Position numbers and translations under genes: made by a program. This document shows, one piece after another, positions 11,523-20,948 of a DNA stretch of 64,000 nt. The stretch spans positions 19,174,628-19,238,627 of the forward strand of contig OZ037767.1 in NCBI GenBank assembly GCA_964035545.1. The letters run 5' to 3'. The notes under the pieces are model-generated. The model ran no database searches. It saw only the letters and a program-made list of their open reading frames with translations, and had not been told where the DNA came from. The DNA comes from Bugula neritina. Its lineage: Eukaryota > Animalia > Bryozoa. Numbering within the stretch: position 1 is the first letter of the stretch; each line of letters starts with the position of its first letter.

Positions 11523-13247
11523 ATCTGTCAAACTTTTCAAATTGAATTTAAAATAGCGTGCTGTATTGTTCAAAGTTGAAGTGCAAATGGCCGAGTTTTG
11601 ATTTTTAATTTTAAAACTCGTGCGATCGCCGATCACGTGACTGGTCAAGTGGTCAATTAAATCAGACAACTCCGGGTGTCGGGCTGCCTCCGAATTTCGG
11701 TCCTGATTTTCTTGGGTAGTCAGTGTATTTATGGTTGTTCTGAGGTGACAGTCTGAATTCGAGTCTGGTTGAGGGTAATGAATCGAAGGGTGAAGTTCAG
11801 CCATGTATCCCACGTGATAATCAGCCAAGTAACCCGGTGGTTTCTTGTCCCTTCTCCCTCTCCCTAGTGTGAGGGTGGTAGGGTTGCTCGGTTGATGTGG
11901 GGTGTTTGGTGGACTTGGAATATCGTCTGGGACAGGCGTCGGTGGCAAAGGAAGGTCCTCTGGGGCCGGTGTTAGCGAAGTGGGGGTCTCTGGTTGGCTG
12001 GTCTGACTGGGTAAATCAGGGGTGTGTAGAGTGGGTGGCAGGCTCCGTGGGGGGGCGTCGGAGGTGTCTTGGACTTCCCTGGGGTCGCGAACTATTATTT
12101 CCCATTCTCGGGGTTGATTCATCCTCCCACCGGAGATGGGCTGTCGTGCTGGTTCCAGCAGTGGTGGTGCCTGTCCCGCGGCTTCCGGGCTTCCGTGGTA
12201 AGGTTTCAACCGCTGCTCGTTTTGAACAGATATCTGTCCTGAGCGTTCCACACGATATGTATAGTTTGGTAAAACCTCTACCACGCAGTAGGGCCCGACG
12301 AACTTAGGCTGTAATTTAGCCGATTGTCCGCGCCGCCTGCGGTAGCTGACCATCCACACCCAGTCCCCTTCGCGATACAGAGGCGGTTCCTCGGAATCTT
12401 CTGTTCGTACCAGCCACTGTTTTTCTCTCAGTGCGTCATGAGCTTTCTTCATGATTTCGACTAACCTTCCCACGTACTCATGTACTGGGAATTCTGGGTT
12501 GGGAATGTGATACGCGAGGTGCTCTGGTACCCTGGTTTCTCGGCCCAACATCATCAGATTCGGTGTTTCCTGTGTGCTGGAGTGGGGGGTGCTTCGATAT
12601 GCTCGCATAATCTGTGGTAGCATGACGTCCCACTCCTCCTGACTCCTTCCCAACAAGAGGCTCCGGAGAGCATCACCCAACATCCAGTTGTTTCTTTCAA
12701 CCACCCCATTTCCTTGGGGGTGATACGGGGTGGTCCGGCTCTGGTTCACCCCCCATACTTGGCAGAGGTCCTTCATTAGTTGTGATTGGAATTGAGCGCC
12801 CTGGTCGGTGTGTATCTGTTCCGGTAGGCCGAAGTAACAGAACACATGCTGGTCCAGGACTCGGGCTACTGTGGGTGCCGATGCGTCGGGAATAGCCAGG
12901 GCATCCGCCCATCGTGTGAAGTGGTCTGTAAGGACCAAGATCCAGGAGTTTCCCCTTTCGGTCGTGGGCATGGGTCCCACGAGATCTACCGCCACGACCT
13001 GCCAAGGCCGGCCGGCGTATAGCCGGCGCCGACCCGTGGTTTCGGTGGGGCGCCCGTGTTTGCTAGCCTGACAGACTTCACAGTGCCGAATTCTCAGTCG
13101 CACATCCCTGGTCATCCCGGGCCAATACCATCGCATCTGCAGGCATCTGATGACCCGACTGGCTCCCGCATGGGCCTGTTTGTGGGTGTCCCAGATGATT
13201 TCCCGACGGAGAGCGCGTGGGCATACGACGCGATCCCTCTCCTGTTG
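11025..13247 (-). CDS. pol: pol, 3' part: integrase (HHCC, DDE core, GPY/F) and a long Pro-rich extension
   Basis: H-KQA-H...CEVC, VAVDLVGP, IHTDQGAQF, PQGNGVVERNN, KFVGPY, tail RGRRDKKPPGYLADY. Same frame as upstream pol, separated by one TGA at 13250-13248. Confidence 0.92.
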   Translation of the reverse strand, partial: QQERDRVVCPRALRREIIWDTHKQAHAGASRVIRCLQMRWYWPGMTRDVRLRIRHCEVCQASKHGRPTETTGRRRLYAGRPWQVVAVDLVGPMPTTERGNSWILVLTDHFTRWADALAIPDASAPTVARVLDQHVFCYFGLPEQIHTDQGAQFQSQLMKDLCQVWGVNQSRTTPYHPQGNGVVERNNWMLGDALRSLLLGRSQEEWDVMLPQIMRAYRSTPHSSTQETPNLMMLGRETRVPEHLAYHIPNPEFPVHEYVGRLVEIMKKAHDALREKQWLVRTEDSEEPPLYREGDWVWMVSYRRRRGQSAKLQPKFVGPYCVVEVLPNYTYRVERSGQISVQNEQRLKPYHGSPEAAGQAPPLLEPARQPISGGRMNQPREWEIIVRDPREVQDTSDAPPRSLPPTLHTPDLPSQTSQPETPTSLTPAPEDLPLPPTPVPDDIPSPPNTPHQPSNPTTLTLGRGRRDKKPPGYLADYHVGYMAELHPSIHYPQPDSNSDCHLRTTINTLTTQENQDRNSEAARHPELSDLIDHLTSHVIGDRTSFKIKNQNSAICTSTLNNTARYFKFNLKSLTDMEPVTVNQTQLATISGISSLLEPPFTECSSSLDSFSPDYQWENELFFDHKGQDDVEESPVHDYLLDQEVGRVSLRLSPDLPMCQRVPYKEMPKFGTPTARSPSSLFSVAEAMECEEVGSSRIDSPAPTVPDPAVTSPPEDPAPEPTLTNQPEADTPPSSRRFPVR

Positions 13248-16211
13248 TCAGTTGTCTGCTGCGAGTGTCATCGTCAGGAGGCCGTCTGAACGAATCTGGA
13301 GAGAATTCCAGCGGCGGCAGAAGAACTGAAACTCAGCGTCTCCCTGCCGTTGCTGTTCCTCCGAGGGTCGGCTGCCTCCTTTCTTGGCTCGGAAAATGTC
13401 AGCTACTGATCCAGGGAGTGTTTCTTGCAGTCGACACAGCTCCTTGACGTTCTGGTACAGTGTGGGGTTAGCACGGAGTGCCTGGACGTCGTCTGAGTGG
13501 GTTTCAGGCCGAAGATGGCCGTGCTCCCAATAATAGACGTTATTGTCTCCCAACTGTGCCTCGACGTCAGGGCGGGCAGGTCCCCCATCACGCCTCTCAA
13601 TGTGTAGACATTGCTTGCAGTCCTCCACCGGTCGGCGACTCATGCCATCAGCGTTCCCGTGTTTCTTGCCGGCACGGTGCTCTATCCGGTAGGAAAACTC
13701 GGCAAGAATCTCTAGCCAACGGGCCACCTGACTCGAGGGCTCTGCACGTTTACACAACCATATCAGTGATGCATGGTCTGTTCGCAACCGGAACGTTCTC
13801 CCATACAGATATGGCCGAAAGTGTTTGACCGCCTTGACTACTGCTAGGAGTTCCTTCCTAGTGGTGCAGTAGTTTTTCTCGGCGGCCGCGAGAGTCTTGC
13901 TGTAGTAAGCCACGACCACCTCACTTCCACCCTGGACTTGAGACAGAACAGCTCCCACACTGTGGTCGCTGGCGTCGGTGTCCAGGACGTACTCTTTGGC
14001 TGGGTCAGGGTACGCCAGAATTGGCGCCTCTGTTAGCCGTTGTTTGAGGTGGTCGAATGCCTGCTGTTCCTCCTGTGTCCACTGCCACCGGACTCCCTTG
14101 GCGGTTAGCCGATTCAAGGGTTGAGCCACCCCTGCAAACCCGGGTACGTACTGTCTGTAGTACCCTACCAGGCCCAGGAATGCCCGTAATTCAGAGAGGT
14201 CCCGGGGGACGGTCCACTCCTTCACAGCCTGTACCTTCTCTGGGTCGGTAGCGACCCCGTCACGGCCAACCACATGGCCCAGGTACGTGACTTCTTGCTG
14301 TAGGAGTGCGCACTTGGAGGGCTTCAACTTCAGTCCAGCAGCCCGGAGTCGGTCAAAGACCTCCCGCAGACGACTGACATGATTCGTAAAGTCTGGGGAG
14401 ATGACAATGACGTCATCCAGATAGATTAGGAGAGTCTTCCAGTGTAACCCACTGAGGACCTGCTCCATGAGTCTTTGGAAAGTTGCCGGGGCGGACGTAA
14501 GTCCAAACGGCAGTACTTTCCACTTCCAGAGTCCATCGCGGGTAATGAATGCTGCTTTGTCCTGAGCATCAGGACTGAGGGGTACTTGCCAGTACCCGCT
14601 AAGCAGATCCAGAGTACTGAAGTACTTGCTACCCGCGAGGGCATCCAGAGACTCATCTATCCGCGGAAGGGGGTAAGCGTCCTGGATGGTAACGCTGTTG
14701 AGTCTGCGGTAGTCCACACAGAATCTCCAGCTACCATCCTTCTTCTTGACCAGGACTACTGGAGAGCTCCACGCACCGTGGGCAGGCTCAATCAGATCCC
14801 GGTTGAGAAGATCTTGCACCTGTCGGCTTACTTCCTTCTCCTTCTCCGGGCCCAGACGTCGGGTTGGCTGCCTGATGGGAGCGGTGCCAGCTGCCAGGGG
14901 TATCTCGTGGGAGATAACCTTAGTCAGTCCCATATCTTCATCACCACGACTGAAGACATCACTGTACTCCGCGAGTAGTTGAGCCAGTGTTTGGCGTTCA
15001 GTACTACTCGTACAGTTCCCACACGCTCCACTGTACAAGCCAGCCACATGCTCCGGGACTGCTTCTCGGTGGTGGTGAGGGGGGTTTCCCTGGGTGTCGG
15101 TCACTGTTTCCAGTGCCGAACCTACATCCGTCTCATGGATGGAGTGGTACTTCCCCACCAGTACACCAGCCGATAATCGGACCGATTCCGCAGAGGGGTT
15201 GATGCATTGCACGAGGAGCTCTCTTCGACAGTCCAGCCGATTTAGGCTGTTTGCTAGTCGGATTGCTCCGTGCGTTCCCTCCACTACCCCCAGTGCGGCA
15301 ATCTCCTTACAGTTGACCCTGCATCGGAGAGTAGCCTGGGATCTCCCTGGAATCGTGCAGTCCTGCACTACCTGGACTCCGCCCACCAAGGGCCTACCGA
15401 ACTTGTCCACACAGGCAAGTTCCTTCCCAGCCATCACCACCGCCGACTTCTGGAAATCCATGTGACACTGGTGTTTCTCCAGAAAGGGCATTCCCAGAAT
15501 GGCATCTTCCTTCAGGTGGCTGACAATGAACGTCTCGTGAATCACTTGATCACGGACTCGTCCAGGCAATGTGATAATGCCATAGAAGGGAATACACGAT
15601 CCGTCCGCCAACGTACCGTGTGCTCCCTCGTATGGCTCGAGGCTCGCCCGCTCTCGGGCACCAAGGGTGTCGAAGAGACGCCGACTTAGCAGGTTTGTAG
15701 TGCACCCTGTGTCCAGCAGGAAGGTGGCAGCTTTACCCGAAATTTTTCCGGGTAGGAAGTAGCTGCTTCCATATGGCTGGGTGCTCCTGGGTCGGTCAGT
15801 CTCTGGGGGGGACACCTCTTGGGTCCTTACAGCGGGCCTCCTCTTTGTCTTACAGACAACGGGGGTTTTCTGAGGCTGGGAGGGTAGCTTTGGATACTCT
15901 TGCGAGTAAGCTGAATCTTCCTCCACAGCCTCTTCGGGCAACCCCGCGAACCGGTTTCGGAGTGGCCAGGCCGGAGGATCGGGTAAACCTTGCGGTTTCC
16001 GAGATCTCCGAGGTGCCTGCCATCCTGCATCTAGGGGTCCCATCCGGGTCGTAGGTGGCTGGGTCAGAGAGTCGGGCAGACCTTGGGGTCTCCGACGTCT
16101 CCACGCAGCCTCGGCTGGCCTGGAAGAGGCTCCTTGGATCACTCCTTCCCGGATGGGGTTGGCTGGTGGCTCACGGTTGGCGGAGGTTACCGCGAGCCCC
16201 GGGTGTTTAAA
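13248..16211 (-). CDS. pol: pol, 5' part: aspartic protease, reverse transcriptase, RNase H (entered by -1 frameshift from gag)
   Basis: FLLDTGC (PR); WRFCVDYRRLN, LPFGL, YLDDVIV (RT); LDTDAS, ELLAVV, RTDHASL, NADGMSR (RH). Confidence 0.95.
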   Translation of the reverse strand, partial: FKHPGLAVTSANREPPANPIREGVIQGASSRPAEAAWRRRRPQGLPDSLTQPPTTRMGPLDAGWQAPRRSRKPQGLPDPPAWPLRNRFAGLPEEAVEEDSAYSQEYPKLPSQPQKTPVVCKTKRRPAVRTQEVSPPETDRPRSTQPYGSSYFLPGKISGKAATFLLDTGCTTNLLSRRLFDTLGARERASLEPYEGAHGTLADGSCIPFYGIITLPGRVRDQVIHETFIVSHLKEDAILGMPFLEKHQCHMDFQKSAVVMAGKELACVDKFGRPLVGGVQVVQDCTIPGRSQATLRCRVNCKEIAALGVVEGTHGAIRLANSLNRLDCRRELLVQCINPSAESVRLSAGVLVGKYHSIHETDVGSALETVTDTQGNPPHHHREAVPEHVAGLYSGACGNCTSSTERQTLAQLLAEYSDVFSRGDEDMGLTKVISHEIPLAAGTAPIRQPTRRLGPEKEKEVSRQVQDLLNRDLIEPAHGAWSSPVVLVKKKDGSWRFCVDYRRLNSVTIQDAYPLPRIDESLDALAGSKYFSTLDLLSGYWQVPLSPDAQDKAAFITRDGLWKWKVLPFGLTSAPATFQRLMEQVLSGLHWKTLLIYLDDVIVISPDFTNHVSRLREVFDRLRAAGLKLKPSKCALLQQEVTYLGHVVGRDGVATDPEKVQAVKEWTVPRDLSELRAFLGLVGYYRQYVPGFAGVAQPLNRLTAKGVRWQWTQEEQQAFDHLKQRLTEAPILAYPDPAKEYVLDTDASDHSVGAVLSQVQGGSEVVVAYYSKTLAAAEKNYCTTRKELLAVVKAVKHFRPYLYGRTFRLRTDHASLIWLCKRAEPSSQVARWLEILAEFSYRIEHRAGKKHGNADGMSRRPVEDCKQCLHIERRDGGPARPDVEAQLGDNNVYYWEHGHLRPETHSDDVQALRANPTLYQNVKELCRLQETLPGSVADIFRAKKGGSRPSEEQQRQGDAEFQFFCRRWNSLQIRSDGLLTMTLAADN
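16141..16211 (-). promoter_or_regulatory. -1 ribosomal frameshift signal: T TTA AAC slippery heptamer, 6-nt spacer, 10-bp stem
   Basis: Heptamer 16211-16205 in correct X XXY YYZ phase for gag. Stem GGCTCGCGGT/ACCGTGAGCC (16198-16189, 16177-16168). pol is in the -1 frame. Confidence 0.85.
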
Positions 16212-17110
16212 GGCATCCTTCTTTCGTGAGGGCATTGCCTTCGCACATGTCCCCTGGCCCCACATCCCCAACATGTGAGGTGGAAAGTACTGACTGGCTC
16301 GCCCCGAGGTCTGGGTGCCCGCCTATCAGTCTGCTCTTGTTGCATTCGCTTCATGTCAGCCTGTAGGCCTTTTACCATGTCCATCAACACGGTCATCTGG
16401 TCGGGTGACGAAGCAGTAGCAGCCGCCACGGTCTGTGGGTTTGGCTGATCTGGTTTAGCAACTTCGGGTCGTTCCTCAATTTGACAAGCGGTGAAATCCG
16501 CACACTGAGGTCCCTCCACTTGGTAGTAAGCCTTGCCCAGGGCTAAGGCTTCCTCTATAGTGGTGACCTTGGCTGCCAAGTAATAACGCTGTAGTCCAGG
16601 GTTATTGATTGTGTGGAAGAAGGCTTCGTACACAGCGCCTCTTTGTGCTGCCGGTGTGTCGTCGCTATGGGCTACTGGTACTAGTGCCTCAATAGCGTTT
16701 GCATGGTCCTGGAGTGAGGTCTTCCGGTCTCGGCGTATGGTGCGCAATCTGTCCCTGGCGGCGCGGGCGGTTAGCCCGAAACGCGACCTAAGGGCCTGAA
16801 AGATGTGCGCTGTATTGGGTCCCAGAGCATAACTCTTTGCCTGACCTGTCAGACAGGTACGGAGGTAGAGGAGGCGCACCGGTGCCGGCCATTTGGCGAG
16901 GGTGGCTACCTCCTCAAACTCTCTGATGAATTGTTCGATATCGCCCTCGCCTCCGAAAATCGGAGGCCTCAGGCGATACCTGTCTCCAGGTGCTGCCTGT
17001 CTGGTCTTTCCGACCTCTCGGAGAGCCGTGATGAGTGTCTCCATGGTGAGACGGTCCCCTTCTACTTTTTCTTCTCCTTCTACCACGACTACTTCTTCTT
17101 CGTCCCCCAT
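16187..17110 (-). CDS. gag: Gag (307 aa) with one CCHC zinc knuckle
   Basis: PPIFGGEGDIEQFIREFE...W...L...LTGQA capsid-like motif and CWGCGARGHVRRQC; located just after the PBS. Confidence 0.92.
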   Translation of the reverse strand: MGDEEEVVVVEGEEKVEGDRLTMETLITALREVGKTRQAAPGDRYRLRPPIFGGEGDIEQFIREFEEVATLAKWPAPVRLLYLRTCLTGQAKSYALGPNTAHIFQALRSRFGLTARAARDRLRTIRRDRKTSLQDHANAIEALVPVAHSDDTPAAQRGAVYEAFFHTINNPGLQRYYLAAKVTTIEEALALGKAYYQVEGPQCADFTACQIEERPEVAKPDQPNPQTVAAATASSPDQMTVLMDMVKGLQADMKRMQQEQTDRRAPRPRGEPVSTFHLTCWGCGARGHVRRQCPHERRMPLNTRGSR

Positions 17111-17162
17111 TGTGTTGTTCTTCTTCTCTCTCTAATGGCTGCTTGTCGTACTAGTCTATTCT

Positions 17163-17181
17163 AATCCCACCGCTGCCACCA
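17163..17181 (-). promoter_or_regulatory. Primer binding site complementary to tRNA-Leu 3' end
   Basis: TGGTGGCAGCGGTGGGATT one base inside the 5' LTR; matches the known 3' end AATCCCACCGCTGCCA+CCA of metazoan tRNA-Leu(AAG/TAG). Confidence 0.85.
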
Positions 17182-17182
17182 A

Positions 17183-17594
17183 TGTTGTGATTTTGTGGAT
17201 TATCAGAATAGACTAGTAGTCTGCATGCCAGTTATTGTGATGGAAATAAAGAGTCTTGATTCAAATGAATATATGAGTATTTATTTCTTCTGACTGTTTC
17301 GAGCTCCAGTATAAGAATGAATTGCTTTGGAAAAACTTCGTACTTATATAGGGGGAAATTCCCGCCACTTAATGAGGGACCGAAACTCGTGCGAACGTCG
17401 GAGTTCCGCCGACCGATATCGGAGGAAGACCTGCCCGATCTCGGGCAGGCCCCTCCGATATCGCGTCTTCGGGCTCCGACCTCGCACGAGTCTTGGCTTA
17501 CATATAATAATAATAACAAAAAAAAGAACGTGCGCAAGGGAATATAACTCTAAAATAAAACAAGGACATGGTATATTTGTGCGAATCTACAACA
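17183..17594 (-). repeat. 5' LTR of the Gypsy element
   Basis: 412-bp repeat of 9737-10148, adjacent to the PBS. Confidence 0.97.
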
Positions 17595-18166
17595 GTTAGA
17601 CCCTAGAAGTGACTTCTATTTATTTCTTGTGAGAACAAAAGTAATTGTAATTGTAATTAATTACATTGCCATGTAATTGTAATTGTAATTAATTACATTT
17701 ATTTTTAACTGTAATTATAATTGTAATTGTAATTGACAAATCTTCATGTAATTGTAATTGTAATTAATTACATTTACATGTAATTGACCCCAACCCTGGG
17801 TTGCTATTTACAACTGTAAGTGTTATAGTGGCACGCTGAGAGTTTAGCTAATGACAATAGCCTATCAGATACTTGAGCTATCGTGTTACTAAGAGTTGCC
17901 CTACCAGCCACCGTATAGCTGAGATAGCTACAAGCTAAAGCAGATAAAACCCAGACAAACAGAGTGAACGCTCTCTCATCTAGCAGCTTTATCACTGGTA
18001 AGACATACTATTACATTGTGGTAATCAAACATGGCGCAGTCAGCATTTTAACGAACCTGCCAGTGAGAAACTCTTTCTGTCCTCACAACTATAGATGATA
18101 GATAAGTACTTTCTTCAATTAATCATTATCAGTTGCAAGTGTTTTGAATATAATATAATAATATAA

Positions 18167-18395
18167 GTGTAGTGTAGTGTAGTGTAGTGTAGTGTAGTGT
18201 AGTGTAGTGTAGTGTAGTGTAGTTTAGTGTAGTGTAGTGTAGTGTAGTGCAGTGCAGTGTTACTGTTGGTGCAGTGTTACTGTTGGTGCAGTGCTACTGT
18301 TGGTGCAGTGTTACTGGTGGTGCAGTGTTACTGTTGGTGCAGTGTTACTGTTAGTGTAGTGTTATTGTTAGTGTAGTGTTATTGTTAGTGTAGTC
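18167..18395. repeat. (GTGTA)n grading into 17-bp GTGTTACTGTTGGTGCA repeats in the leader of the Mag-like element
   Basis: Directly visible. Confidence 0.9.
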
Positions 18396-18602
18396 TAATG
18401 AGTGATAATCTTAATTTGATATCGTGATTCACAGCTGGCAACTGTGATACTACAGTCATTTACAACAAGTGACCGAAACAGTGATACTCAGTGTTTAAGA
18501 TATTTTGTGATTGGCATCTTGACATAACACACGAGTAAATCAAGGCTCCAAGCTAGTACAAGTAGTAACCTTTGTAGCACAGGGAATTGTAACAACAAAG
18601 TC

Positions 18603-19739
18603 ATGGATTTAAATTCATTTCCAAGACTTCAATTGAATTGTAATGATGTGACAGGATCATGGAATGATTGGCTAGCTCAATTTGAGATAACAGTAGAGTT
18701 AACTACTTTGAATCTGGGAAAAAAGACAGTGGATGGTGTAGAAGTAAATAAATTTAGAGGTAGGACTAAGTTGTTAGCATTGTTGAGCGCAATAGGCAAT
18801 GATGGTAGAGCCACGTTACAATCTCTTGGCTTTGATTTGAGAAACAATGGGAATGAAGGCTATGAGCAAGCATTAGGTCTACTTAGGGGCCACTATGATA
18901 GGTCAGATAGCTTTTATGTTAAAACAATGAGGTTTGTGACAGTGTCACAGGCCATTGATGAGGATGAAAGAGAATACTTGCTGAGAGTAGAAAAACTTAG
19001 TAGAGAATTAGGTTTAGGTGCTGGGACCGAGGATGTTAGAAGGAGACTTAGTGTTGCCTTAGCAGTAAATGGCTTGCGCGATACTAATGCTAGGAGACAA
19101 TTATTGCAAGAACCCGATTTATCCTGGGACGACTTAAACACCAAGCTTAAAGCAAAAAAGCTAGCTAGAGACTCAGACCTACTTTTAAATGAAGCTAGGA
19201 CAATAGTGGACGTCAAACAAGAAGTCGGGGCTGTAAGTTCTCTTAAGCAGACTAGAAACAGTAGCAGTGACACCTGTGACAGTTATTCTGTTAATAGGGT
19301 TTCTAGATCTAGAATAAAGTGGAGACCTTATTTGAGAAGTAGCCTTAGGAATAGTGACCACTATAGAAGTAGAAGCTCGAGTGGATCTAGTAATAGCTCT
19401 GATGATCATAGTAAACGACATTACAATAGTAGGGATAAATTCTGTTCAAGCCAACGAAGGAGGAGGGATGAAAAACCTCTCGTAGATAGACTGAATTCGG
19501 GTTACTATCATTCTAGGTCTAAAAGGTTTAGCTCCCCTAGAAGAGAAGGAAATCTTTGCTATCATTGTAAAAAACATGATCATAGAATTAGGGACTGCCC
19601 TGATGTAAGGTGCTTCGTATGTAACTGCCGAGGGCACACCACTAAAGATTGCCCCGAAAGAGAGACCAAACCTTATAGGTCAAGTAGTGGGAGTAGTGAT
19701 AGGAATAAGGGTTATAGGAGAGTCAGATTTGCAAGCTGA
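18603..19739 (+). CDS. gag: Gag (378 aa) with Ser/Arg-rich linker and two CCHC knuckles
   Basis: W..W...FE, LLSAIG.DG, Q...E....YLLRVEKL; CYHCKKHDHRIRDC and CFVCNCRGHTTKDC. Confidence 0.88.
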   Translation: MDLNSFPRLQLNCNDVTGSWNDWLAQFEITVELTTLNLGKKTVDGVEVNKFRGRTKLLALLSAIGNDGRATLQSLGFDLRNNGNEGYEQALGLLRGHYDRSDSFYVKTMRFVTVSQAIDEDEREYLLRVEKLSRELGLGAGTEDVRRRLSVALAVNGLRDTNARRQLLQEPDLSWDDLNTKLKAKKLARDSDLLLNEARTIVDVKQEVGAVSSLKQTRNSSSDTCDSYSVNRVSRSRIKWRPYLRSSLRNSDHYRSRSSSGSSNSSDDHSKRHYNSRDKFCSSQRRRRDEKPLVDRLNSGYYHSRSKRFSSPRREGNLCYHCKKHDHRIRDCPDVRCFVCNCRGHTTKDCPERETKPYRSSSGSSDRNKGYRRVRFAS

Positions 19740-19929
19740 CTATATGATGGCAATGACAGCAAGTTATTTCCTCCTGAACAAGGAGAAATTACACATACTA
19801 GACGGGGGAGACTAAGCAAACCTCCTAATAGACTAAACATGCAGAGGTATAAATAATAATGTGTTTTTATAGATATCGTTTTAAAAAAACTTGAGGAAAA
19901 CAATATATAGATAGAGAAAGAGACAAACA

Positions 19930-20948
19930 ATGAGCAATAGTGAGAAAGAGAAGGAAGGTATAGGGGAACCCGACATGGACTCTTGGTCTAAAGCCGGACC
20001 CTCAGGAAGACATAAAGTAGCTAACCCCCAGAGTAAGCCCAAGAATACAGAAGATAAGGCTAAGCTTAAGAAGCCACATGAGGTATGTGGCAACAAGGGC
20101 ACAATTAGGTGTGCCATCTGTAGATGCTTCAGGGATCACTCTGCCCAAGACTGTCCCAATAATAAGTGTTACAGGTGTGGGCAGAAAGGTCATTGGGTAG
20201 AGAAGTCTATTGCAGTTGGTGTTGTGTCGCAGCCGAACACAAAACCTCAGACTGTAGTCACGCACCTTCTAACTTCAAGCGGAAGGCTGTTAATGGTGTT
20301 GACTCTCAAGATCCAGCACCAAAATTAGCCAAGGTTTCAGGTAGTCAGAAATCAAACTATGCAAGTGTTGCCTCTGGTGGTGTAGCTACATCATCAAGCT
20401 ATGTTCATGCATTAAAGCCTAAAAATTTTATTGTCAGTGAAGTTTCAGGGTTCCTGAATGGCTTGACGGGGTGCGACTTCCTGGATGGGGAGGCTTATGC
20501 ACTAAGGAAAGAGGAATTAAATAGAAACAAGCAAAAACTTCAACGAAAGTTCAACAGGCAAATGGAAGAGATCAGTGAGCGAGAGAGTCTCTTGGAAAAG
20601 GAGTATCAGTGCTCAATGGCTATTAAAGTAGCAATCGAAAACTGGGCCAGCGTGGCCAACGTGCATTCCAGAGGGTTGGGTAGCACAATACTAAACCCTG
20701 CAACCACAGTTGCGGAAGGTCCCAGTGATAACCAAGAGGAGTCAAAGGCCGTAGAGGAGTCGCCGACACCAGGTCGCCCTCGGGACGACACTTGGGAGGA
20801 GTCAATGGCCGTAGAGCCCCAGACCCCCGGTGTACATGGTGGTTCAGACCTTGGTCTGAGACCGACCTACAGTCCTAGTCAGCCTCAGGCAACTGAGACT
20901 GTGGAGGTGAAGATGGAAACATCTTCTAATCCCGAAGCACTGCATTGA
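19930..20948 (+). pseudogene. Accessory ORF of the Mag-like element: three zinc knuckles, coiled coil, acidic repeat tail; frameshifted near 20196
   Basis: ORF 19930-20328 gives CAICRCFRDHSAQDC and CYRCGQKGHW. ORF 20166-20948 gives CSWCCVAAEHKTSDC and LRKEELNRNKQKLQRKFNRQMEEISERESLLEKEY. Confidence 0.75.

Larger units (their letters stand above)
9737..17594 (-). mobile_element. Full-length Ty3/Gypsy LTR retrotransposon (7858 bp), very recent
   Basis: 412-bp TG..CA LTRs, 4-bp TSD GTTA (9733-9736, 17595-17598), tRNA-Leu PBS, PPT, gag, and pol in PR-RT-RH-IN order. Confidence 0.97.
8768..17798. mobile_element. hAT-type non-autonomous DNA transposon (about 530 bp of own sequence) split by nested insertions
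   Basis: TIR CAGGGTTGGGG at 8768 and CCCCAACCCTG ending 17798. Perfect 8-bp TSD GGTTGCTA (8760-8767, 17799-17806). (GTAATT)n subterminal arrays at 8778-8945 and 17641-17786. Confidence 0.88.

Noticed and set aside
11897-17164. Many + strand and alternate-frame ORFs overlapping gag and pol
   Set aside because: Shadow ORFs of GC-rich coding sequence with no motifs.
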